In this document: positions 56,556 through 64,000 of the stretch, in pieces
How the letters are laid out: every line of letters begins with the position of its first letter
How positions within the stretch are numbered: position 1 is the stretch's first letter
Source of the DNA: a virus
Lineage: Duplodnaviria; Caudoviricetes
Virus record (IMG/VR): IMGVR_UViG_3300005841_000939
Strand: one strand, 5' to 3'
Length of the DNA: 64,000 bases
Translations under genes and position numbers: made by a program
Notes under the pieces: model-generated
What the model saw: the letters and a program-made list of their open reading frames with translations, nothing else
Told to the model about the DNA's origin: nothing
Databases searched by the model: none

Positions 56556-57488
56556 ATGTCAAAGAACAAGCGCAAAATCATCCTCACTGAGAACCAGGTG
56601 GCACTGACCATCAAGGGGCAGACGAGAACCATCAACAAGAAACATCCTGCATTCAAAAAGGTGCTGGACCTCATTCACGTCGGTGGCAGTGATGAAGACC
56701 TGTTGAAGGCCATCGAACCCGTCAAAGCCATCAACACCAGCAAGAAGGCTGCGAATTGGGGCATCAAGGTGGTGGATGGTTCCATCAAAATGCAGGAAGA
56801 GGTGCTGCCCGCTGATATTGCGGATACCATTCTCGAATTCAAAGCTGCAAACGAACCGTTCGAACCGCTGGTGAAGTTCTACGAGAACTGCAAGCTGAAT
56901 CCTGATGTGCGTGTCAAGGAAGGTCTCTTCCGGTTCTTGAAGGCTCATCGCTTCCCTCTGACGGAAGATGGTTGCTTCATCGGCTATCGCAAAGTCGCAA
57001 ACGACTTCAAGGACTTCTATACTGGCAAGCTCGACTTCTCCCCCGGCCAGACTGTGACCTTGGATCGCAGTCTTTGCGATTCGGACAATAACAATACGTG
57101 CTCCCGTGGTTTGCACGTCGCCAACTTCCGCTATGCGAAGGAAGTCTATCATCCTGGCTCCGGCAAGATGATCAACGTCAAGATCAATCCCCGTGATGTG
57201 GTCGCATTCCCAACGGACTATCATTTCGAGAAAATGCGCGTGTGCGCAATGTACGTCATCGGCGAGAATGGTACCAGCGAAGCTGATGCCCAAGAATATC
57301 AGGAGCTGTTCAAGCAGCAGAATCCTGATTGGAAAAAGAATGACAAGGACGTTGACGAAGCTGAGGAAGAAGACATCGAAACTGGTGCTGTCAGTGTCAA
57401 GGGCAATCCCCAGGATGCTGTCGAAATTCCGGTCTGGATGTCACAGAAGCGTGACGCTCGCGGTCGCTTCGGCAAGGTCAAGAAGTAA
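56556..57488 (+). CDS. rIIB: rIIB-like protein
   Basis: LFRFL..LTEDGCFIGYRKV..CSRGLHVA..KINPRDVVAFP.D..KMRVC. Confidence 0.9.
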   Translation: MSKNKRKIILTENQVALTIKGQTRTINKKHPAFKKVLDLIHVGGSDEDLLKAIEPVKAINTSKKAANWGIKVVDGSIKMQEEVLPADIADTILEFKAANEPFEPLVKFYENCKLNPDVRVKEGLFRFLKAHRFPLTEDGCFIGYRKVANDFKDFYTGKLDFSPGQTVTLDRSLCDSDNNNTCSRGLHVANFRYAKEVYHPGSGKMINVKINPRDVVAFPTDYHFEKMRVCAMYVIGENGTSEADAQEYQELFKQQNPDWKKNDKDVDEAEEEDIETGAVSVKGNPQDAVEIPVWMSQKRDARGRFGKVKK

Positions 57489-57545
57489 GAAATTGACTGG
57501 CAAAGTATTTCACATATAAGTGTGAAGCTTTGCCAGTCCCCACAA

Positions 57546-57621
57546 GTACCTGTAGCTCAGTCGGAAGAGCGACAACCTTCTAAGTTGTTGGTCGTAGGTT
57601 CGAGTCCTACCAGGTATACCA
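57546..57621 (+). tRNA. tRNA-Arg(TCT)
   Basis: Canonical cloverleaf, loop CTTCTAA, CCA. Confidence 0.95.
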
Positions 57622-57638
57622 CCACAAGGAATCACATC

Positions 57639-58076
57639 ATGGCTATCGCCATTTCCCGTCTCTCAACCAATACCGCATTCTTCTATCTGCGTCATCAATT
57701 GATGCATAAGGGAGTGTTGAGCAAACATCGCATCGGTGCAATTGCCATCGCTCCAAGTACCGATCCGAATAAAATCATCGTCAGCATCTTCATCGCAAAT
57801 CCCAACAAGAAGGTTCAGCCATCGTACATGAAGACCGCTGCGATCGGTCGCCTCAACTCGACAAAAAAGTTCGTTGAGGTTGACATTAGCAGGGGCAATG
57901 ATGGTGAACTGGATGCTGAAGCAACGATGAGTTCGATCATCTCGTTGGTTGGTATCAGCGAATGGCTTGACACCAAATATGGTGTTACTGATGAAAATCA
58001 GTTCGCTGATCTGTGGACTTCTGGCCTTGCTGGAGCGTATAAAAATATGCTCAAGAGTGAAAAAGCTACTGCTTAA
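57639..58076 (+). CDS. hypothetical protein
   Basis: AAGGA RBS; terminator 58103-58132. Confidence 0.7.
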   Translation: MAIAISRLSTNTAFFYLRHQLMHKGVLSKHRIGAIAIAPSTDPNKIIVSIFIANPNKKVQPSYMKTAAIGRLNSTKKFVEVDISRGNDGELDAEATMSSIISLVGISEWLDTKYGVTDENQFADLWTSGLAGAYKNMLKSEKATA

Positions 58077-58258
58077 TTCACGCGTCAATCGGCTTTGACT
58101 CTGACCCACTGGAGGGCTTCCAGTGGGTTTTTTGCCGTGCAATGTGAATGATTCTTACCACAACTTAATGAATAGTCCGCATTACCAAATTTAAGTTTGA
58201 CTATTTGATCATATTGGTGTATATTAATCACTGAAATACGTAACTAGAACACTTCATA

Positions 58259-58528
58259 ATGACTTACACCAACTTAGATAAAGCTGCACTCACCAATCTT
58301 TATGCTTTGGCTGGCATTTGGCACATGCTCCAAGAATCAACCAGGGAGGACTTTCAAGAAAACCTCAGTCTACATCATGATGTTTTAAAAGACATCATTA
58401 AGGAATTAGTCTCTTATCAAGGTGATAACCAGGAGATTAAGAATGGCATCAGAATCAACCTAAGTCATGTATCAGAGCTTGAAGCATTTTGCTCAGGCAT
58501 TTCAAGTCTCATTCCAGCATCCACATAA
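58259..58528 (+). CDS. hypothetical protein
   Basis: ORF with promoter. Confidence 0.6.
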   Translation: MTYTNLDKAALTNLYALAGIWHMLQESTREDFQENLSLHHDVLKDIIKELVSYQGDNQEIKNGIRINLSHVSELEAFCSGISSLIPAST

Positions 58529-58551
58529 CATATTACCTAAAAGGTACTATC

Positions 58552-59013
58552 ATGTCATTGAACGACCGCAACCCTTCTTCAAATATCCATCCCCTTCTGC
58601 ACGCCAAGCGCCAGAGAGTCATGCAGAAGGAATATTACTTAGTCAATCTTCGTACAGGTGAACGGCTTATCGTGAAAGCTCCTCGTGGGCCTGGAATTAA
58701 TGAAGATTGGCAGAATCCGATGAATGAGAAAGGAGAGTATATTCGCATCTTTAGAATAATCAATTTCAACAATATTAAAGTGTTTACTCGGCCAGCAATT
58801 GCTATGTTCCATATGCCGGGAACTCTCCCGAGAACCACTGATTCCGTCAATGGTGATATTTGGGCTGTGCAAGAGATTCCTGGAATCCGTGCTCCAAAAC
58901 CAAGAACCAAAATCAGTTTGATTCCCGCAGAACAAGTCAGCTTTGCAACTGCTACTCGTTCAGAATCATCTGTAAAGAAGACGGGCGATACTGGAATATT
59001 TACAGTATCGTAA
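58552..59013 (+). CDS. hypothetical protein
   Basis: ORF; terminator 59039-59066. Confidence 0.7.
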   Translation: MSLNDRNPSSNIHPLLHAKRQRVMQKEYYLVNLRTGERLIVKAPRGPGINEDWQNPMNEKGEYIRIFRIINFNNIKVFTRPAIAMFHMPGTLPRTTDSVNGDIWAVQEIPGIRAPKPRTKISLIPAEQVSFATATRSESSVKKTGDTGIFTVS

Positions 59014-59173
59014 TCAACAATTCATATGTTGAGGGAAATGGGGTCTTAACTAGGCCCCATTTTTTTACCTCTAGATCACTGTTGACAGGGGTTAGCATCT
59101 GAGTATAAATCAGGAATCATCAATAGCGAAGCAACCCTACTTCGTAAACACACCACTGACAAGGAAATCCTCC

Positions 59174-59803
59174 ATGGCCAAAATTCTGAGAATCCTGAAC
59201 AAGGACTACAAACTGGTAAACCAGGCTGATCCGTCCCAACACATCATCGTTCATCGCGTCTCTCAGGAGATGGGTGAGAATCGCCTCAAGCCCAAGAACG
59301 CTACGGACACCTGGAAGAAGATGTATAACGTGGTGGACAACTGCGGCATCACCAAGTGGCCCAACGGCACCAAGATCCAGCTTCAAAACAAGCCTGGCGC
59401 TGCCGGTGCTGTCGCTGAATGGCCCTGGATCATCGATTCGGACAACGCCAAGTGGATCATGGAGGAAATCCCCGAGGTCGCAGAAGTCAAGGTCAGCACT
59501 GGCACTGGCAAGCGTGGTCGCCCCCCTGGCTCGAAGAACAAAGCCAAGGTCGCTGCTCCCGTCGCTCAGGTCAATGCCCCTGTCGCTGATACCACCCCTG
59601 CTGACACTACGCCAGCCGCTGCTGATGCGATTCCCGCAGATACCAAGATCGAGGAACCCATCGCCACGGCGACTGATGAGGCAACTGCTGCCACGGATGC
59701 AGTTCAGCCGGTCGCTGAGGTTGAAGTTCCCAAGACCGAGACTGCCATCATGAATGGCGATGGAACTCCTGCTGTTGAAGATGCTTCCGCTGCCCAGGCG
59801 TAA
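59174..59803 (+). CDS. protein with AT-hook and Ala/Thr/Pro-rich acidic tail
   Basis: GKRGRPPGSKNK; GC-rich codons. Confidence 0.75.
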   Translation: MAKILRILNKDYKLVNQADPSQHIIVHRVSQEMGENRLKPKNATDTWKKMYNVVDNCGITKWPNGTKIQLQNKPGAAGAVAEWPWIIDSDNAKWIMEEIPEVAEVKVSTGTGKRGRPPGSKNKAKVAAPVAQVNAPVADTTPADTTPAAADAIPADTKIEEPIATATDEATAATDAVQPVAEVEVPKTETAIMNGDGTPAVEDASAAQA

Positions 59804-59894
59804 ATATCCCAACAACTTAAGGTCTTGACTGGACCCTTGGTGATGCTATATTTAGCAAAGCCAAGGGTCTAACTTTTTAAGGTCTGCCGCCATC

Positions 59895-60485
59895 ATGCGC
59901 TTCATCACTCTCAAAGAATGCCAAGATGTTTTGAATGAAGCTGCACGTGCCTTTCAGAATTCAAATACATCTGATAAAGCAAAAAGGGCTGTGGCAAATA
60001 CCCAATACACATTGTTGCTAGAATACAAAAACAAGAGGAATAACTTCGGCCAATGTCAGTGGGACCGAGAAACTAATACTCATGGAATCCTCATTAATGG
60101 TTCGTTAATGAGCAATATGAGTAAAGAGGACTTCCAAGATACATGCAGGCACGAATTCGCCCATTTCATCGTTCATGCATTGTGTTCGGCAAATCTTTTG
60201 AAAAAGAATGTCCGTTCACATGGTGCTGAATGGAAAGCAGTATGCCTGCTTGTTGGTGCTCGGCCTCGTACTCATACCAAATCTGCCAAAGCAGGTGTAT
60301 GCGGTCTTGCAGGGTATCTCATTGATAACAAGAAGAACAAGATACATGCTATCTCCCTCAAGACACTGAATAAATGGAAAAAGAAAGGGGCATTCAAATC
60401 TGGAAGATGGACTATCAAAGCCGCAGACCGTTCTGAAATCATGGATCCAAAAATCTTCAAAGACCTTGAGAAATTCAAGCTCTAA
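59895..60485 (+). CDS. SprT-like zinc metalloprotease
   Basis: DTCRHEFAH..SHGAEWKAVC..GA. Confidence 0.85.
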   Translation: MRFITLKECQDVLNEAARAFQNSNTSDKAKRAVANTQYTLLLEYKNKRNNFGQCQWDRETNTHGILINGSLMSNMSKEDFQDTCRHEFAHFIVHALCSANLLKKNVRSHGAEWKAVCLLVGARPRTHTKSAKAGVCGLAGYLIDNKKNKIHAISLKTLNKWKKKGAFKSGRWTIKAADRSEIMDPKIFKDLEKFKL

Positions 60486-60495
60486 AGGACACATC

Positions 60496-60735
60496 ATGGC
60501 CACCAATATCTTCATGTGCAAAAACGGAGCGTACTGCTGCGTGGTTGCTGCCAGAACTGAGGGTTCTGCACTCCGTCAGGCTCGAAACATCATGGATGCT
60601 CATCATGTTCAGGTCTGTCCAGCAACCGTTGAGGATGTTAATCATGTGATTGGCATGGGAAGTCATATTCACAACATGACCGAAAAACAGGTCAATAAAT
60701 GGCTCAAAAAGAATGAGGTGGAACATGCAGGATGA
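60496..60735 (+). CDS. hypothetical protein
   Basis: AAGGA RBS. Confidence 0.65.
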   Translation: MATNIFMCKNGAYCCVVAARTEGSALRQARNIMDAHHVQVCPATVEDVNHVIGMGSHIHNMTEKQVNKWLKKNEVEHAG

Positions 60736-60973
60736 AACTGGCATCCTCATCAAACCAACTGATGTGCCAGCCGATGCAAAGGAACAAGACCTTCGCAAAA
60801 TTGAATCCCTCATTGAGGCTGATTTAGAAAAGAAATACGGAAAGGGAATCTGGAATACACTTGAATCCCTCCAACTCATCGAAGAAGCCTTGAAGAAGAT
60901 TCGTATCCAGAAGGATCAGAAGATCATGAAAGAACTTAACAAACAAGGAATATCGTTTATCAAACCCCGATAA
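60713..60973 (+). CDS. hypothetical protein
   Basis: ORF. Confidence 0.55.
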   Translation: MRWNMQDETGILIKPTDVPADAKEQDLRKIESLIEADLEKKYGKGIWNTLESLQLIEEALKKIRIQKDQKIMKELNKQGISFIKPR

Positions 60974-61056
60974 ACAGATAGAATGGAGTCATATGCCGTC
61001 AGAAACCTCTGTAGTGAATGACTCTAGCAATAATCAACCCTTGACCCTATGTCCTT

Positions 61057-61332
61057 GTGATGTATTCTGGTGGGAGCAAGAGGGATGGGACCATGAAGCA
61101 GATAAAGCTGATCAAGAGCCCCTCTCCAGAATCTACTTGCACGGATAATCCCCGCAAAGAAGAATGGCAGGCTTATAGAGCCATACCATCCGATGATAGA
61201 GTTGAATACCCCAAGGTCTATAATCCTCTCACTTGGACATCCAGAATCTGGAACCAAGTCCTCATCATCGTTATCATCCTGTCAGCTTTCTTCTATCTCT
61301 GGTGCTTCAACACCATTCCCCAAGGATTCTGA
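61057..61332 (+). CDS. membrane protein
   Basis: C-terminal TM; class I promoter. Confidence 0.6.
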   Translation: MMYSGGSKRDGTMKQIKLIKSPSPESTCTDNPRKEEWQAYRAIPSDDRVEYPKVYNPLTWTSRIWNQVLIIVIILSAFFYLWCFNTIPQGF

Positions 61333-61334
61333 TC

Positions 61335-61616
61335 ATGTGGAAAGAAATCAAAGAGAAGGTTGATAGCTCCTGCTACTTCTTCGCAATCGTTGGGGCAACC
61401 CTGACCTTTTGCGTATGCTTCTTTTTGGCACTCAAGTCTGGTGCGCTATTCAGCATCATCGGATTGGGCTTGGTAATTCTCTCACCCATCATCGGCGCGT
61501 TCATTGGTGGCATGATCTTTGGGGTGTTCTTGGCATTCCCCCTCATTGTGGTTTGGGAAGTGCTGATCCTCCCCATCGTTCGCATCCTCAATTCTCACAA
61601 CAGCCGTCATCACTGA
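61335..61616 (+). CDS. membrane protein
   Basis: Three hydrophobic segments. Confidence 0.65.
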   Translation: MWKEIKEKVDSSCYFFAIVGATLTFCVCFFLALKSGALFSIIGLGLVILSPIIGAFIGGMIFGVFLAFPLIVVWEVLILPIVRILNSHNSRHH

Positions 61617-61618
61617 TC

Positions 61619-61933
61619 ATGCCCTGGCCAGGTAAATGTCCCTATTGCAATGAGGTCATGACTACTCGGCGTGGACCGTCAGAAGTCACTAATGACCATA
61701 TCATCCCTTTAAACAAAGGTGGTGATACGAACGATGCCAATACCATCTACGTGTGCCAAAAGTGCAACAACGTCAAAAGCAACCATCTCCCATGCGATCC
61801 TGAATGGGGCAATGATCCTAGAAGAGTCATCATCACTAATCGTGTATTGAAAATTATCTTTGATAGGAAATTGGCGTACCCTTGGGAAAAACACGTCAAA
61901 GACCTTAAAATAGATAAACAAGATGCCTCATAA
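61619..61933 (+). CDS. HNH endonuclease
   Basis: CPYC..TNDHIIPLNKGG..NTIYVCQKCN. Confidence 0.85.
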   Translation: MPWPGKCPYCNEVMTTRRGPSEVTNDHIIPLNKGGDTNDANTIYVCQKCNNVKSNHLPCDPEWGNDPRRVIITNRVLKIIFDRKLAYPWEKHVKDLKIDKQDAS

Positions 61934-61951
61934 TAGAGAAAAATTTGGTCC

Positions 61952-62194
61952 TTGCGAATATGCACTGATCATTGTATTCTCTCTCGCAAGCCACTTATTT
62001 TACAGTATCTTAGAATACCTTTTCACGAAATTCTGGTAATGCCCACGTCCTCCATCAGCGAACGCCTCAAACTCCACACTTCATTAGCCATGGAGCTTGT
62101 AGACGTAATTGATCAACTCAAACAAGATCCAGCTAATGAAGAGTTGAAAGCTCGGCGTCTTGAACTCCAAGCCCGCATTGATGAGTCAGCTTAA
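61952..62194 (+). CDS. small hypothetical protein (start probably ~62039)
   Basis: C-terminal helical ORF. Confidence 0.45.
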   Translation: MRICTDHCILSRKPLILQYLRIPFHEILVMPTSSISERLKLHTSLAMELVDVIDQLKQDPANEELKARRLELQARIDESA

Positions 62195-62356
62195 AATATC
62201 CTTTCGGAATTGAAAGAATGAAGATTTTAAATTATTGATTTGCTCTGCATAAATTTTTAGATGATCATATCTACTATTGCGATGATATAAGAATCCAACG
62301 AAGGCTACATTTTGTCCCTCTACATTACTTAAATCTGGTTCAAAAATATATTTCAT
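62186..62356 (-). CDS. 56-aa hypothetical protein
   Basis: Fills gap in - operon. Confidence 0.45.
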   Translation of the reverse strand: MKYIFEPDLSNVEGQNVAFVGFLYHRNSRYDHLKIYAEQINNLKSSFFQFRKDILS

Positions 62357-62563
62357 TCAATATCCTGACAGCATGTTGAATCGTTTTCGGTCATCTAAGA
62401 AATCCCGAACAATATCTGATATAGATTTTGGTTCAATCAATGGATGATCATACCTATTGTTTTGTTGTTCTAATATAAAAGGAAACATAACATCAATACC
62501 ATATATTGATTCAAAATCTTGTATGGCTTCTTGAGTGTATTTTATTTTCATGATTCTATTCAT
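62357..62563 (-). CDS. hypothetical protein
   Basis: ORF. Confidence 0.6.
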   Translation of the reverse strand: MNRIMKIKYTQEAIQDFESIYGIDVMFPFILEQQNNRYDHPLIEPKSISDIVRDFLDDRKRFNMLSGY

Positions 62564-62606
62564 AGGATTCTAAGTTTCTTATTGACTTCCGTCTCAAGCA
62601 TGATAG

Positions 62607-63119
62607 CTAGGCCAGTATCATGTCTTTACTGATTTGCAACCACATTTTATGGGTCGCATAGTTCTGACGGTCCATTTTCAATCTTTCTATTGCATCTGTA
62701 GTTTCAATAAAATCTACATGTTCATATTCAAAGGGCAATAAAGCCGGATCTACTTTTTCACCTTTCCGCAAAATAAACAATATAGCAAAAAACTTTATAT
62801 TGACATGACCATTTGAATTTGAAAGACCTTTTCTATCAAGAACTTCTAATTGATATTGATTGTGCGTGACAGATGTTATCTCCATATCTTTTGCACATAA
62901 TTCTAATACTTCTAATGAAAAGGCACTTTCCGCATTACTAATAATAGAATTGACATGATCGTTGTAATGAATAGCAGGTCTTCCCATTCTAGAAACAAAC
63001 CATGCTAAATTATAATGTTTTAAATAATCTACCGGTAAATATTTCCTAAGCGTTATAGCTTCAGGTGTATTTGCTAAGTGGAGGTCCTTAGCAAACATAT
63101 TTTGAACTGGAGGAATCAT
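62607..63119 (-). CDS. hypothetical protein
   Basis: ORF. Confidence 0.7.
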   Translation of the reverse strand: MIPPVQNMFAKDLHLANTPEAITLRKYLPVDYLKHYNLAWFVSRMGRPAIHYNDHVNSIISNAESAFSLEVLELCAKDMEITSVTHNQYQLEVLDRKGLSNSNGHVNIKFFAILFILRKGEKVDPALLPFEYEHVDFIETTDAIERLKMDRQNYATHKMWLQISKDMILA

Positions 63120-63295
63120 TAATATGTATACCGCAAATGAACAAAGCCAATCACTAGAGAATCATAGGTGTTTTCTATTGCAACTCTTTCATAACTATAA
63201 TAGGTATAACGATTCATCTTTTCCTGTAGATTAATTTGGATGCTACTATTACCAAATGCTACACCATAATTTTTTCCACCAGTAAATCTAATCAT
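63119..63295 (-). CDS. 58-aa hypothetical protein
   Basis: Overlaps neighbours at both ends. Confidence 0.5.
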   Translation of the reverse strand: MIRFTGGKNYGVAFGNSSIQINLQEKMNRYTYYSYERVAIENTYDSLVIGFVHLRYTY

Positions 63296-63492
63296 ATATA
63301 TTTCTTTAGTATAAAACTTTCCCAGGTATAAACCATATCACTAATATCATAAGTAATTATGGAATGTCTGGATTCTTTTGGTAAGGCTAATAAGTTTTGA
63401 GTAAAAAAGAAAAAATTATCCCATTCAGGACTGTCCCGTTCAAATACTAACGGAACTCTAATAAATTCATTTATTTGAATCCTATTTGCCAT
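63292..63492 (-). CDS. hypothetical protein
   Basis: Packed ORF. Confidence 0.55.
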   Translation of the reverse strand: MANRIQINEFIRVPLVFERDSPEWDNFFFFTQNLLALPKESRHSIITYDISDMVYTWESFILKKYI

Positions 63493-63847
63493 ATACGTAA
63501 TTCAAATGGTAAATATCACCAGCACTGGTACCACGTCTAGGATATACTTTCTTTCTACCATTCATGAAACAATCAACAACTTCTTTCCATGTTGATTTAA
63601 TTAATCTCTTCTTGTATTCCTTTGTGTAATCATATCGGTTATCTGTAGCATCCAAATCCATTACAGGATCACCACCCATAGGCTGAACACTTATTAAATC
63701 TTCTATAACTAAAGAAGGGAATGACTGCATAATAGTCGGAAATGCCATGCTATCAAACCCACCAATAGTAGTATTAGGCTTTTTTAAATCATCAGCCCAT
63801 TGTTGTGTATTCTTTAATAATTCGTCTATGTTACTCATTATCTCCAA
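63482..63847 (-). CDS. small protein containing a T4 gp23 major-capsid-like segment
   Basis: AFPTIMQSFPSLVIEDLISVQPM. Confidence 0.55.
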   Translation of the reverse strand: MEIMSNIDELLKNTQQWADDLKKPNTTIGGFDSMAFPTIMQSFPSLVIEDLISVQPMGGDPVMDLDATDNRYDYTKEYKKRLIKSTWKEVVDCFMNGRKKVYPRRGTSAGDIYHLNYVYGK

Positions 63848-64000
63848 TTATACTGTTTAACTTATCAGACTTCAAGCTATCCCATAAATCATTAAATACT
63901 TGTTTACCATAAACCTTTATAAAATTTTCATTATAAAAACAACTGTTCCTATCATCACGGTAATCTATAAACAAACTGAACCATAAATCTCTATTTGTCA

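Overview
64 kb of a large, AT-rich tailed phage genome (jumbo/T4-like; rIIA/rIIB, gp23-like segment, tRNAs, standard genetic code). The host is probably a high-GC diderm, possibly of the PVC group (inference). 1-5.3 kb: end of a tail-fibre/structural block. 5.3-24.6 kb: AT-rich accessory and auxiliary genes (HNH proteins, coaD, nadD, AlkB, SF2-like helicase, two paralog arrays). 25-62 kb: an early/host-takeover-type region built from mostly single-gene cassettes, each with its own promoter and often a terminator. Two repeated promoter-like motifs are visible: class I TTG(A/C)NN-N15/16-TANNNT, often leaderless, and class II TTG(A/C)NN-N10/11-CATGATA, about 19 copies, mostly pointing antisense. 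Several cassettes lack a credible ORF and look like structured ncRNAs. The main one is about 1.07 kb (37.93-39.0 kb); smaller ones lie at 30.6, 32.7 and 36.7 kb. There are four canonical tRNAs and one D-armless tRNA-like RNA with a UAU anticodon loop. All protein assignments come from motif recognition by eye; no searches were run.
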